Assembly (NCBI GenBank): GCA_964016885.1
Contig: OZ024743.1
Location: 221,278,001 to 221,342,000 of the forward strand
Direction of reading: 5' to 3'
Source of the DNA: Eledone cirrhosa
Taxonomy: Eukaryota
DNA: 64,000 bases
The notes beneath the pieces were generated by a model that worked only from the letters and a program-made list of their open reading frames with translations, had not been told where the DNA came from and made no database searches. Below are positions 1-15,498 of this stretch, in pieces (the stretch's first letter is position 1; each line of letters opens with the position of its first letter). The translations under genes and the position numbers were made by a program.

Positions 1-133
<133 letters not shown>

Positions 134-580
134 AGCAGAGTGAGAGGAGGGAGAGGAGAGAGAAAAACGGAGAGAGGAGATAGAGAGAAAGAGAGAAAGA
201 AAGGAGAGAGAGACAGTGTGTTCGGGGAAAGATAGAGACATAAATTTAATTACATACACACACATATATATATATGTGTGTGTGTGTGTGTGTATACGCG
301 TTTGTGTACGAGATTGTGTGTTATTTTATATCACTATATACAATAGTGTTTGCGTATATGTGATAGTGCATTGTGTATGAGTGAGCGTGTACATATGTGT
401 GTGTGGGTGAGTGTGTTTGTGAAACTTCGTTGATATATTTAATTACCTAGGACAATTTAAATACTGCACACAAAATAAAGCAAATTAATAAAACCAAAGT
501 AATCTGAACAATATTTGCACTCCCAATTATTTATATTGCTAACATACAGACTTATGCGTGTGTGTTTCTCTTCGTACGAG

Positions 581-604
581 TATCTCTTTATATGTTTCCA
601 TACT

Positions 605-670
<66 letters not shown>

Positions 671-700
671 CCTTAGTATGGAAACATATATAGATATATA
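581..700. repeat. Inverted repeat centred on a (TA)n tract
   Basis: TATATGTTTCCATACTAAGGTA (589-610) and its reverse complement TACCTTAGTATGGAAACATATA (669-690) flank (TA)n. Confidence 0.85.
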
Positions 701-725
701 TATATACATGTATATATATATAGAG

Positions 726-768
<43 letters not shown>

Positions 769-864
769 TGTATAAAAACTTATGAAAGGAAAGGATCTGC
801 GTGGTTACTAAATACATATATATAATAGTAATAGGGTTATAGTATATATATAGTATATATATAG

Positions 865-972
<108 letters not shown>

Positions 973-1115
973 TATATGTGTGTGTGTGTTTGTATGTGTG
1001 TTTATAGGTAGCTAGGTAGATTAATAGGTAGATATGTAGACAGATAGAGACATATAGAGAGAGAGATGGGCGCATGGAGATATATATATATATATATACG
1101 CACACACATACACAC

Positions 1116-1213
<98 letters not shown>

Positions 1214-1277
1214 AGAGAGTTGGGTTCATGGATAGATAGATAGGGAGATATAGGTTAGATTTTGAAGATTATAAATA

Positions 1278-1406
1278 TTTGTTTCTACTTTTGGCACAGG
1301 GCCAGCAATTATCCAGTACATTACTGGTACTTTATTTTATCGACCCCGTAAGGATGAAAGGCAAAGTCAACCTCGGCGGGATTTGAACTCAGATCGTAAA
1401 GAGACG
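1278..1406 (-). mobile_element. 5'-truncated tRNA-derived SINE (family S1) with 16-bp TSD
   Basis: B-box GAGTTCAAATCC and central GTTGACTTTGCCTTTCATCCTTACGGGGTCGATAAAATAAAGTACCAG on minus strand; TTGAAGATTATAAATA duplicated at 1262-1277 and 1407-1422. Confidence 0.85.
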
Positions 1407-2782
1407 TTGAAGATTATAAATAATATTTGCGCAAACCACATTCAACAGTCGATATTATCACCGGATTTACGAGAAGATATGGACATATTGCGTAATAGAG
1501 GGTTGCCCATATATATATAAATATATCATTTATACTGTATCCATGAATACTTTATAGCTTGAATTTGCATGATGTCACAGCAATTAGCAGGTGTATTGCA
1601 GAAATGATCACTACGTAATAAATTGAAGTTTTCATTTTATAACTGTTTGCATTAACGTGTAAGATGTCAAGCATTCCTCAGAGATGCATATCGTTAACTT
1701 AATTCACAAGTAGTCGACTAAAGGAAAATATATCTTACAGACACAAACATGTACTCATGTATATTCACAGAATGGACCATCATCGCTTTCAGCAATCACT
1801 CTTCCAATTGTTCGAACAACTGAACGTCTGACTCGTTAATAAAATAAATGTGTAAATGGTTGAGTATTCCAGAGACACATCATAACGTAATTCCCAATGC
1901 TATTTATTGTATAACAGTATGTAGGAAGGCCGGTCCTTTGAATTACAGATACTTTCCATCCGATTGGTCTACCAATATTTCCCCTCTACTCAATTTCACT
2001 CACAAGGATTGGTCCAACTCGAGATTATCACACACAGGGATCGAGAATGGGACCTTTTGTGAAGCTGGATTCAAAACTACTCAACTACTATACTTGCATC
2101 TACTTCTTCCTTTAAAGGATTTGAAAATGTTCGACATTAAGTGATAGTAGAATGTATAAAGGACACAGCCACATGTATATACAATCGAACTTATATTTGT
2201 TCGACATCGACCATGACCGTGTAGGCACAGGATTCGGGGTATTCCAGATCTGGCCATACAGTGTTTATGAGGCATCTACCTCTATGCATCTTTTCTATAT
2301 TTAAAACAGTGGATTTGTATACTATGCATCTTTTCTTTATTTAAAACAGTAGATACATATATTATTACACTCCTTTTTCCTTGCATAGATGAATCATCAA
2401 TGTGTGTGTATATGTGTGTTTGCGTGTGTATGTGTGCGGTTGTGTATACTTGTCTCTTTGTGTTCACGTATCACGTATGGTTATGACAATATAACCCTAC
2501 TATCTTACTGGTTTAGTTTCATTATGAATAAAGTTCTTTTTATTTGATAGGAAAGAAGAAACAAGAAACTGTAATGTTTTCAGTAATTGCATTGATGTAT
2601 TATGGTGTTAAGTCAGCAAAATTATTATTAGAAATTCCAACATTAGTATCAACAATGAAAAGACATATGGAATCATAATTTCCTTGGCCATGTCTAACGA
2701 CCGATTCCTTTACTTTGAATAAAGAATATAAAATAATAGCCATTGCAGTAGAATAAAAATAACAAACACTTATAGGTACAGG

Positions 2783-3230
2783 TATGCTTGTGGTGTTAAG
2801 GAGTTCGCCTTGCAACCACGTAATTCTGGCTTTAGTCTAACTGCACGGCACCTTCGTCAGATATCTTCGATTAAAGTATAGGACTGCTAAATGCTATACG
2901 GGGTAAATTTGGTGGACTAAAACTGCAGGAGTTCTTTGTATATATAACTGTGTGTGAATGGACGGATGCTTCTGTGTGTATGCGTATAAGTGTGTGTGTA
3001 TGTGTATCTGTGTGTGTGTGTGTGTGTGTGTTAGGGGGGTGTTTACGTTTTTGTCTACATTTGTGTTTATGTTCCGTAACTTAGCGATTTGCCAATTAAA
3101 AAAGGATCCATTAAATAATCACCAGAATTGAAAACAAGTACTGGGAATAATTTTATCGACTAAATCCCTTTAAGACGATGTTCCAGCATGGCCGTGGTCT
3201 CGTGAATGAATCCATTAAAAGGATAAAATA
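2783..3230 (+). mobile_element. Diverged tRNA-headed SINE (family S3) with internal (TG)n and LINE-like 3' tail
   Basis: Degenerate tRNA-like head (TGTGGTGTTAAGGAGTTCGCCTTGCAACCACG); tail GATGTTCCAGCATGGCCGTGG resembles the 3' end of the CR1/L2 fragment at 22810-22860. Confidence 0.5.
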
Positions 3231-3382
3231 ATGAAGGAATAATTGCCTCATGTGTCATTACTTACATGTAAGTCATTTGATAACAATAGAAATGAAAGTG
3301 TTAATATAATCAGTTCCGATCTCGTTACAATTTATTATTTCTTAATTGGGAATTATTTGATAGCAATAAAGAGACAAAAACC

Positions 3383-3419
<37 letters not shown>

Positions 3420-3621
3420 CTCACACACACACACACACACATTCACTTTCTTACACTCTCTTTCACTCTCACTTCCTCCCTCTATCAATCACTCTTTCTC
3501 TGCCTCTCTCTCTTTCTATCGCACTTTATCCACTCTACTTACTTTCTAATACGGTCGTCAATGAGGTGTTCCCATCCGGTCCTCCGTCAGTTGCTGGCGT
3601 TGATTTCTACCGTATTGAAAT

Positions 3622-3689
<68 letters not shown>

Positions 3690-3696
3690 TGTGTGC

Positions 3697-3746
<50 letters not shown>

Positions 3747-4186
3747 GTGTGTGTATATATATATATATATATGTCTGTGTGTATGTGTGTGCGTGCGTGT
3801 GTGTCTGTATGTGTGTTTATGCACACACAAAGACAGAGAAAGAGAGAGCGCAACTGATAGAAGGAGGAAAAGGGATAGAGGGAGACACAGAGAAACGGAA
3901 GTGAAGACAAAAGTGGTGTACGTCATTAAACGAGGTACTTAAGCGTAAATTCAAGCCTTAATTGCAGCAGAAGATAAGTTGTGGTATGTGTCAGCGTTTA
4001 GATCAAAAATGAATGTGAATCAGTAGAGTTCTGCTCTCGACTCCTTTCTATTAATGATTAGAATATAATATACTATAAAGTAATGCTGAGCACGTAGAAT
4101 CAATAGGAGAGAAAGCTACCAAATAAAAGTAAAAATGCGTAAAACATCAATATATGTATGAACCAATTCTTTTGACCTGACTACTC

Positions 4187-4285
<99 letters not shown>

Positions 4286-5044
4286 ATGTGTGTGTATATA
4301 TATATGTCTGTGTTTGTGTGTGTGTCTGTGTGCATGTGTACGTGCGTGTATGTGTGTGTGTGCGTATTTGTATAACCTTGTACATATGTGTGAAAGATGA
4401 GCGATCAATTGAGGAAAATGGATGTGTGGAAGAGGATGAAAAGTTACAAGGCTATTATACAATTTAGCCTGGTCTGACAGCCGACTTCTATAAACATCTT
4501 AATTAAACGTATTATTACTTGAACAACAAAGAATATTATGATATTACATTAAAAGAAAAGAAAATTAATTCATGGCAGCCTCATAAATACTATTATTAGA
4601 CATCTAAAGAAGCCAGAAAGGAAATATATATAAGATAAATAAGAAGCAATCAAAGCTAAAATTGTAGAAAGAAACAACATAAATCTTTCAGTGATGAAGT
4701 TAAACCGTACATATTTAACCCTAAAGGGAAATGATTTAAAAGAAAGATGGCTAATTTCTATCGACAGGAAAGAGATTTAGAATAATGTACCTCATCAAAT
4801 ACTGTGTTATTACGCAATTGTGATTTGATTAGGAATTTCAAGATGAATTCTGAAAAGGAAAAGCAGATACTTATGCTGTACTTTCTATGTGAGACGGTGA
4901 ATTGGCAGACCTAACTCCCATTTTATATTTAGACTGAATAGATGCAGCCTACCAACTCACATGACCACCTACAGGTTAATATCTTCATGCAGGTTAATTA
5001 TATTATGTTATATTTTGTTTTATATGTTATTATATTTATTTCAA

Positions 5045-5175
5045 GGTGGTGAATTGCTTGTATATTTAGCGCATCGGATTGGAAATGCCTCAGTATGTAT
5101 TCCGACTCACTGCGCTCTGTGTTCACAACCCACAGAGGTCACCTCTGTCTTTCATCCTTTTGGGGGCGTTAAATA
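5045..5175 (+). mobile_element. Diverged S1 SINE
   Basis: GTTCACAACCCACAGAGGTCACCTCTGTCTTTCATCCTTTGGGGGCGTTAAATAA similar to the S1 core. Confidence 0.6.
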
Positions 5176-5309
5176 ATGTATGAATCTAGTGTTGGTGGAG
5201 ATTAATCAGCTGTTTTCCGTGTGACATGACGGTGCTGTTGCAACTCCATCAAGAGTTAAGTGTCTTTACCATTTTTCTAGTTTCTTCTACACAAAGTAAA
5301 CACGCACGT

Positions 5310-5530
5310 TCTGTAGATTAGAGGGTTAGGCTTACGGTATTAATTTCTTGGATTCGAATCAGGGGCGAATTGTTTGTTGTGCTCTTGAACAAAACATTTC
5401 ATTTCATACTGCTCCAGTCAATTTATCTGTAAATGTGTCCCAACTACAACTAGGGGATACCTTGCGATAGACTCCCAGTCGCTTAACGCCAACGGAAGCG
5501 TTATAATCTCCGGCTTCATGAGACCATAGG
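5310..5530 (+). mobile_element. Diverged S2 SINE
   Basis: GGATTCGAATC B-box-like motif followed by GTGCTCTTGAACAAAACATTTCATTTCATACTGCTCCAGTC, shared with 29845-29882 and 44340-44385. Confidence 0.55.
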
Positions 5531-5668
5531 CTTTGGATAAACTTTAAACATTTTTTAACTAGTTAAATAAACTAGTTGATAAGCTCTGTTATGTCTTTCG
5601 GCAAAGTATATCATTTCATGCTGTTTTCTGTTCACGCGGCTGTAAATGAGTACCAATGGCAGCCAAGA

Positions 5669-6058
5669 ACCCCATTAGAACTGCTATTACCAGCCTATGT
5701 GAAGTGAACTGTATTTATCGTTATATATACTATTACCTATTGTAAATTATTGCCGATGTGAAATCACCCTTTCTTTTCTTTTTGGCATTTCCTTGGAGTA
5801 TCTGTATCGGGTTCTCCGGAGGAAAGATTTAGATTAAATTAATAATGTCTTCTCTAGCGTAACTCAATCTATAACCATGTATTGGTGATCTGATGCCCTA
5901 GCGTCAGAAACCACTGGACATATTCAGTATGTCGTTTTTGTAATGTTAAACATTTATTTCAATACATTGAACACATTACGTTGGGAATTTAAAATATTTG
6001 TCTTTAATTATATCCAGGATTTACTAAGGACCCCATTAGAACTGCTATTACCAGCCTA
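5669..6058 (+). repeat. 361-nt unit with a 29-bp perfect terminal direct repeat (pLTR/retrozyme-like or local duplication)
   Basis: ACCCCATTAGAACTGCTATTACCAGCCTA at 5669-5697 and 6030-6058; internal hairpin TCTGATGC-CCTA-GCGTCAGA running into GAAA at 5889-5910. Confidence 0.6.
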
Positions 6059-6989
6059 ACCATTATCATTATCATCTTCATCATTGCTATTTCACATGCA
6101 CCCCGTATATCAAAAATATTACAGCATAAACAACTTGTACTTGCATCGCTTAAAATGAAAGCAAATCATAATTCTATACGAAAATACTTATAAGTGATGT
6201 TGTAGCTAAATATATGAGAGAATTAGATATGTTACAAAATCTCTTCAAATTTTTGGTTTATTATTTTCAAATTTATTCAAAAGTAAAAGACAATGGTAAT
6301 AAAAAGATTAAAAGTTATAAAGCTAACATTTATCTCGTTTACTTCGAACAGCTGGCTACAATACTGACCACAATAATTCTCATATTTGTCCCCAGCATAG
6401 CTGACCAGTTGCGCTAATCTCGTCTATATGCCCAAGTATACTGAAGTTAAGTCTGCTCCTCAAGATTCAAACGTGAATGACGTATATATTTCCCAATAAA
6501 ACATGTATCTCACATAATTTGATCAAATCTACATCGATTTTTCACCGTGGAAATCGATGCGTTTATCTCGTCACATGTTAAGCATGTCATGTGTGCCGTG
6601 TGACACACATCTTTTAATGCTTGTCACTTAATGACACATTGTTTCTGTTGACAGCTACTATACTACAGAGCCTAGCTTATAACCTAGCACTACTACCATC
6701 AACTGCTATTCATTTGCTAGAACTACTGTCAACGTTACAGTTAACAACATCACTATATACGCCTCTACACTTGCTACTAGCAACCACGCCACCGATATAC
6801 GAGTCATCATCCACCATTGCTATTACATTCGCATACATACCTTATAATAACGGGAGTATTGCATACCACAACCACTAACATCACTAACATTAAACACACA
6901 CACACACACACACACACACAGAGGAACACACACACAAATACACATATACACAACCAAACACACATACAAGCACAACGGTGCACGCATCA

Positions 6990-7043
<54 letters not shown>

Positions 7044-7199
7044 TTACATCTTACGCAACTATCACTCCAAGCTACTTCATCACCACAATTGCCATTATCG
7101 AAACACATATTTCACGAGATTTACAGCAAAACTCACCATCAATGCCACCAACTCTAAGAGTTAGCACTTATACCACCACCACCACCATGACCAACCCAT

Positions 7200-10100
7200 C
7201 ACCATCTGCACCATCAACACCACCATCGCCTTCTCCTTAACACCACCACTTTCAACATCACTTCCACTAAAACAACAACACCTCCACCATCAACACCACC
7301 ACCACCATCACCTTAACACTGCCACCTTCAACATCACTACCACTAAAACAACAACACCTCCACCATCAACAACACCACCGCCATCACCTTAACACTGCCA
7401 CCTTCAACATCACTACCACTAAAACAACAACACCTCCACCATCAACACCACCATCGCCATCACCTTAACACTGCCACCATCAACATCACTTCCACTAAAA
7501 CAACAACACCTCCACCATCAACACCACCATCGCCATCACCTTAACACTGCCACCTTCAACATCACTTCCACTAAAACAACAACACCTCCACCATCAACAC
7601 CACCATCGCCTTCTCCTTAACACTGCCACCTTCAACATCACTACCACTAAAACAACAACACCTCCACCATCAACAACACCACCGCCATCATCTTAACACC
7701 ACCACCTTCAACATCACTTCCACTAAAACAACAACACCTCCACCATCAACACCACCATCGCCTTCTCCTTAACACCACCACCTTCAACATCACTACCACT
7801 AAAACAACAACACCTCCACCATCAACAACACCACCGCCATCATCTTAACACCACCACCTTCAACATCACTTCCACTAAAACAACAACACCTCCACCATCA
7901 ACAACACCAACGCCATCACCTTAACACCACCACCTTCAACATCACTTCCACTAAAACAACAACACCTCCACCATCAACACCACCATCTCCATCACCTTAA
8001 CACCACCACCTTCAACATCACTTCCACTAAAACAACAACACCTCCACCATCAACACCACCATCTCCATCACCTTAACACCACCACCTTCAACATCACTTC
8101 CACTAAAACAACAACACCTCCACCATCAACACCACCATCTCCATCACCTTAACACCACCACCTTCAACATCACTTCCACTAAAACAACAACACCTCCACC
8201 ATCAACACCACCATCTCCATCACCTTAACACCACCACCTTCAACATCACTTCCACTAAAACAACAACACCTCCACCATCAACACCACCATCTCCATCACC
8301 TTAACACCACCACCTTCAACATCACTTCCACTAAAACAACAACACCTCCACCAGCAACACCACCATCTCCATCACCTTCAACATCACTTCCACTAAAACA
8401 ACAACACCTCCACCATCAACAACACCACCGCCATCACCTTAACACTGCCACCTTCAACATCACTTCCACTAAAACAACAACACCTCCACCATCAACAACA
8501 CCACCGCCATTACCTCAACACTGCCACCTTCAACATCACTACCACTAAAACAACAACACCTCCACCATCAACAACACCACCGCCATCACCTTAACAATGC
8601 CACCTTCAACATCACTTCCACTAAAACAACAACACCTCCACCATCAACAACACCACCGCCATTACCTCAACACTGCCACCTTCAACATCACTACCACTAA
8701 AACAACAACACCTCCACCATCAACAACACCACCGCCATCACCTTAACAATGCCACCTTCAACATCACTACCACTAAAACAACAACACCTCCACCATCAAC
8801 ACCACCATCGCCATCACCTTAACACTGCCACCTTCAACATCACTACCACTAAAACAACAACACCTCCACCATCAACATCACTTCCACTAAAACAACAACA
8901 CCTCCACCATCAACATCACTTCCACTAAAACAACAACACCTCCACCATCAACATCACTTCCACTAAAACAACATCACCTCCACCATCACCATCACCTTAA
9001 CACTGCCACCTTCAACATCACTTCCACTAAAACAACAACACCTCCACCATCAACACCACCATCGCCATCACCTTAACACTGCCACCTTCAACATCACTTC
9101 CACTAAAACAACAACACCTCCACCATCACCATCACCTTAACACTGCCATCTTCAACATCACTTCCACTAAAACAACATCACCTCCACCATCAACAACACC
9201 ACCGCCATCACCTTAACACTGCCACCATCAACATCACTACCAGTAAAACAACAACACCTCCACCATCAACACCACCATCGCCTTCTCCTTAACACCACCA
9301 CCTTCAACATCACTTCCACTAAAACAACAACACCTCCACCATCAACAACACCACCGCCATCACCTTAACACTGCCACCTTCAACATCACTTCCACTAAAA
9401 CAACAACACCTCCACCATCAACAACACCACCGCCATCACCTTAACACTGCCACCTTCAACATCACTTCCACTAAAACAACAACACCTCCACCATCAACAA
9501 CACCAACGCCATCACCTTAACACCTCCACCTTCAACATCACTTCCACTAAAACAACAACACCTCCACCACCAACACCACCATCTCCATCACCTTAACACT
9601 GCCACCTTCAACATCACTTCCACTAAAACAACAACACCTCCACCATCAACAACACCACCGCCATCACCTTAACACTGCCACCATCAACATCACTACCAGT
9701 AAAACAACAACACCTCCACCATCAACACCACCATCGCCTTCTCCTTAACACCACCACCTTCAACATCACTTCCACTAAAACAACAACACCTCCACCATCA
9801 ACAACACCACCGCCATCACCTTAACACTGCCACCTTCAACATCACTTCCACTAAAACAACAACACCTCCACCATCAACACCACCATCTCCATCACCTTAA
9901 CACTGCCACCTTCAACATCACTTCCACTAAAACAACAACACCTCCACCATCAACACCACCATCGCCATCACCTTAACACTGCCACCTTCAACATCACTTC
10001 CACTAAAACAACAACACCTCCACCATCACCATCACCTTAACACTGCCACCTTCAACATCACTTCCACTAAAACAACATCACCTCCACCATCAACAACACC

Positions 10101-10930
10101 ACCGCCATCACCTTAACACTGCCACCATCAACATCACTACCAGTAAAACAACAACACCTCCACCATCAACACCACCATCGCCTTCTCCTTAACACCACCA
10201 CCTTCAACATCACTTCCACTAAAACAACAACACCTCCACCATCAACAACACCACCGCCATCACCTTAACACTGCCACCTTCAACATCACTTCCACTAAAA
10301 CAACAACACCTCCACCATCAACAACACCACCGCCATCACCTTAACACTGCCACCTTCAACATCACTTCCACTAAAACAACAACACCTCCACCATCAACAA
10401 CACCAACGCCATCACCTTAACACCTCCACCTTCAACATCACTTCCACTAAAACAACAACACCTCCACCACCAACACCACCATCTCCATCACCTTAACACT
10501 GCCACCTTCAACATCACTTCCACTAAAACAACAACACCTCCACCATCAACAACACCACCGCCATCACCTTAACACTGCCACCATCAACATCACTACCAGT
10601 AAAACAACAACACCTCCACCATCAACACCACCATCGCCTTCTCCTTAACACCACCACCTTCAACATCACTTCCACTAAAACAACAACACCTCCACCATCA
10701 ACAACACCACCGCCATCACCTTAACACTGCCACCTTCAACATCACTTCCACTAAAACAACAACACCTCCACCATCAACACCACCATCTCCATCACCTTAA
10801 CACTGCCACCTTCAACATCACTTCCACTAAAACAACAACACCTCCACCATCAACACCACCATCTCCATCACCTTAACACTGCCACCTTCAACATCACTTC
10901 CACTAAAACAACAACACCTCCACCATCAAC
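7200..10930. repeat. 76-bp C/A-rich minisatellite (~48 units) with higher-order repeat
   Basis: Unit AACATCACTTCCACTAAAACAACAACACCTCCACCATCAACACCACCATCGCCATCACCTTAACACTGCCACCTTC; period 76 (e.g. 7938 to 8014); 9001-9900 nearly identical to 9901-10800. Confidence 0.95.
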
Positions 10931-11632
10931 TCCATCACAACCGCCATCACTTCTACTATTGCCATCACTTTAACAACGCCACTTTCAACACCACTACCAC
11001 TAAAACAACAACACTTCTACCAACACCACCATTACCTCCACCATTGACATCACCTTATAACCACCACTTTCAGCTCAAAACAACAACAACCCCACCACCA
11101 CCACCACTACCACCGCCACCACCTCCGCCGCCATCACCACCGCCACCATCACCACCATTTACAACACCGTTACATGAACACCAACATCTCCACAACCAAC
11201 ATCGTTACCACTACCATCAACCACAATCACCACCCCCACCAACATCGCCACTTACTGTCAACACCACCACCACAGCCACCACCACTAATGTCACCATCGC
11301 CACCTTCATCATCACCAACACCACCACAACCATCAAGACCTCCGCCACGCCAACTTCCATACAACCTCTTTTCAAACATTCTTAGTCTCCATTTTATACT
11401 CAGATTTAAATATGAACATTCGTCAAATTTTCGCCAATACTTTCTAAGGAATTGTGTAATAAGTATCTGTTGAACATGTGAGCATATATGTGGGTGGTGC
11501 GAGAGGTAGATAGATAGATAGAGAGAGAGAGTGGGGAATGCATGTGAGAGAGTGGATGAAAAACTGAGAATGAAAAAGGAAGAAACAGGAAGAGAGATAT
11601 AGAGCTTTCTGTAGATATAATTGTATGCGATT

Positions 11633-11960
<328 letters not shown>

Positions 11961-11962
11961 AT

Positions 11963-12084
<122 letters not shown>

Positions 12085-12174
12085 TCGCATATATATATAC
12101 TTAAGGTAAACATTGTTGCAATTCGGTTCGAGCACTTTTCGCGCTTTTTCCACATAGGAGCGACGGAGTATATT

Positions 12175-12381
12175 TAGAATAAGAGAAGGCAAAGTAGTTT
12201 CAGATGTTAAAGTGGAACGGACGAAGGATTCAAGAACGTCTGCCTTGTCCGTTCCCTTGTCGATTCAATTTGGATTACCTCGGGAACATAACCTTATGCG
12301 TGGCCACTGTCGTCATTGAAATATGTATCACAGCATTATCATTAAAGGACTTTAACAGCTGAAACTACTTTGCTTTTTCTT

Positions 12382-12387
<6 letters not shown>
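12175..12387. mobile_element. ~210-bp element with ~39-bp terminal inverted repeats ending in (TA)n
   Basis: TAGAATAAGAGAAGGCAAAGTAGTTTCAGATGTTAAAGT versus ACTTTAACAGCTGAAACTACTTTGCTTTTTCTTATTCTA; internal hairpin GGAACGGACGAAGG/CCTTGTCCGTTCC. Confidence 0.7.
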
Positions 12388-12412
<25 letters not shown>

Positions 12413-12631
12413 GGGGGGGGGGGGAGATGTACGTATAGTATATTTGATAATATACTGTATGTTTATTTTAAAACATTTTAAAGACTATGAATTGTAAAGT
12501 ACTGACTACGTGACATACTTAGTTTCGGCGAAAGCAAAGCGGAGTAATCGACGGTAGTACCGTTTCTCACTTGTAAGTGGTTGTCAAGATAACATACCTC
12601 TTCGCTTCTGAGAGAAAGAGAGAGAGAGAGA

Positions 12632-12711
<80 letters not shown>

Positions 12712-13242
12712 TAAAAACCCGACCACGGCGTCAATATAATTATGTAACGAAGCTTATCGAATAGAATGGCCACAACGTCGGTCGTTTTCTCACTCACTCA
12801 ATTAAAATAGTTTTATTAAAATATAAACCTAACAAATTAAAGTGTACACAAATACGTTAATCGGCGAGGAAAACGACTTCATGAGGTAGGAAATTGGAGT
12901 GTTCCGGATCGATGCATCAGTTTCTATTATTCCGATCTGCCCGTGGTAGTCCGATTGAAACTACCATGTAGAGAAATTACAAATATATATATATGTATAT
13001 ATATATATAATTAGGAGGATCTATTAAATTGACCCCAATATTTCAGTGGTACTTTAATTTATCGGCGGGATTTGATCTCAGACTGTGTAATCTGTCGGAA
13101 TAAATACCACAAAATATTTTATCTGACACATCAATGATTTTGCCTAATTTAAGCACGAAACCAGGAACATGTAGGCTTGAATTAGTCGATTAAATTGACC
13201 CCAGTACCTCTCTAATGTTTAATTTAACGATCCTATACGTAA

Positions 13243-13970
13243 GAAGTAGTGGTCTAATGTAATGGACAAATGTCTTGTTGTATCCTTTGGAATGCGAACT
13301 GGGCGGGTTTTGTGGAGCTTACTTGTTTCTGTTGGTGTGGATGTGGATGTTTTGTGATGTTCTATAACAGATTGTTTGAGTGAGATGTTCCAAGGATTAA
13401 TTGCCGATACGCATGCTAGGCTTTCAATGTTACCTTCAGGCTATCCTATCTTTTTGTTTGTTTTTGTTATTCCTGGCCACTGGCTGTTCTTTGCCTTATA
13501 GTGAATTCACAGCAGAAGAGGATGTTGTTAATGCGGACAAAATGCCATGTCCAGCGGAATTGGTATAGCATTACAGGAAAATACTTTGAAAATCTCACTC
13601 AAACAGATTGCCATGGGGCATAATTATACGAGGGTAGGCTGAAACGATCATAGGCTGACTATGGAACATTGATGCTAGAGCTGTGAAATCTTACATGCAA
13701 TTAATTTCAACTCTTCTTATCAATAACTACTTTGTTTATTTGTTCGGACTATGTCGAAAAATAAACCTCATTGGGTCATACCAGGGGAGTATCTTATTCA
13801 GCCTATGTCCTTTTCAGTTGAACCCGTATAGCACAAATATGCAAAATCCTCACAAAACACGCAGCCAGACCAGGAGAAACCAAAAGCAAGTTCCAGAAAT
13901 CCCGCCAAGTTCGTACCACAAAGAATACCACAAACCACATGTCCATTGCATGTCCTTTACAGCACTTCGA
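13243..13970. repeat. Old ~120-bp diverged inverted repeat pair enclosing a nested mariner MITE
   Basis: 13255-13370 is the diverged reverse complement of 13838-13955 (CCCGCCAAGTTCGTACCACAAAGAATACCACAAACCACATGTCCATT). Confidence 0.6.
13627..13828 (+). mobile_element. Mariner-type MITE (TA TSD)
   Basis: TA-CGAGGGTAGGCTGAAACGATCATAGGCTGA ... TCAGCCTATGTCCTTTTCAGTTGAACCCG-TA; two more copies in the window. Confidence 0.8.
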
Positions 13971-14236
13971 TATTTGCGACTTTGTCTAACCACTTAATGC
14001 GCAACAATCAGCACAGGTATGTAATATGAAAGTGATTCAGCTGTTTGGCATGTCCGCTGTAAACAGCATTGAAGAAAAGACAACTCTAATGAGATTGGAG
14101 CCCGGGGAGATTGAAAACATCACTTACGTAACTAAATAATCATTTATCTGTAGTCACCCTTAGGCATGTATCCTTGTTCTCGAACATTTTTACCAATCAG
14201 AACTAAAGAATTATCAATAGATAACATTGTAAGTTG

Positions 14237-14280
<44 letters not shown>

Positions 14281-14305
14281 CGTGTGTGTGTATGTATATA
14301 TATAT

Positions 14306-14396
<91 letters not shown>

Positions 14397-15079
14397 TAGA
14401 TATTGATATAGATAAATAAATAGATCGATAGACAGATAAGTATGTATTTGGATAGATAGATAGATAGATAGATATATAGAGATAAATAAACGATAGAAAT
14501 TAATTACTTCCATCGCTTCTGCTGTCTAGATTCCTTTTACACTTATATTTAGTTCCCTGAGTGAATATTATGAAGAATTCAGAAAATTCCTAAAATCCAA
14601 GGAATTAGAAGCTTATCAGGATCATACGCCATTTTTATATCTATTTGATGTTTCTTTATTTAGTTTTTGTTTTCATTTTGTATTATATTTATTTTCTCTT
14701 TTACTGGCTAAACTAATCCTATTTTGAACTAATATATTTGTTCAAGTTCGTGGCAACGCTGAGATAGGTGGTAAATAAATATATAGGAAATCAGTGTGTG
14801 CTTGCTGTGAGTGATATTTAATATATATGGCGGCGGACGGTGTGGAAAGAAAGGAAAAAGAATTGGTCGCTTGTCAAATACAAACACAAATACAAGTAGG
14901 AATAGATTATGCGGATAGAATAAATAGTGTTCCGACAGCTAAAGCTGAAGTTGATGCTGATAGTGCTTAGAGGGAAAGAGTTCATGACAGTCCATTGGAA
15001 ATTCATAATCAAGATTGTATGAGGCTTACACATACACACACATACGCATGCACACGCGCGCGCGCACACACACACACAG

Positions 15080-15185
<106 letters not shown>

Positions 15186-15413
15186 TTATATATATATATA
15201 CTTAGTAGTAAAATGTGGACGCCTTAATGGGCTTTCAGAAAGATATAAAACGACATTGTGTGTATTTTATACTAGCAACTTTTTCATATTATTAAAGCAA
15301 AAACCTACAAACACAAAAACTCTTATAAAGTACTAGTTTACTAATAACCGAAATTAGTGATGATGTGAAAGAGTTTTTGTGCAAATGCATGTATGAATAT
15401 ATGTATGAATATA

Positions 15414-15498
<85 letters not shown>

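Noticed and set aside
7200-10930. CRISPR array (also considered for 41461-43185)
   Set aside because: Units are contiguous with no unique spacers, there are no cas genes, and the context is eukaryotic.
7200-11385. Mucin- or extensin-like Thr/Pro-rich coding exon, including the ORF at 11044-11385
   Set aside because: The 76-bp unit shifts frame each repeat and contains TAA stops; the flank is degenerate triplet microsatellite.
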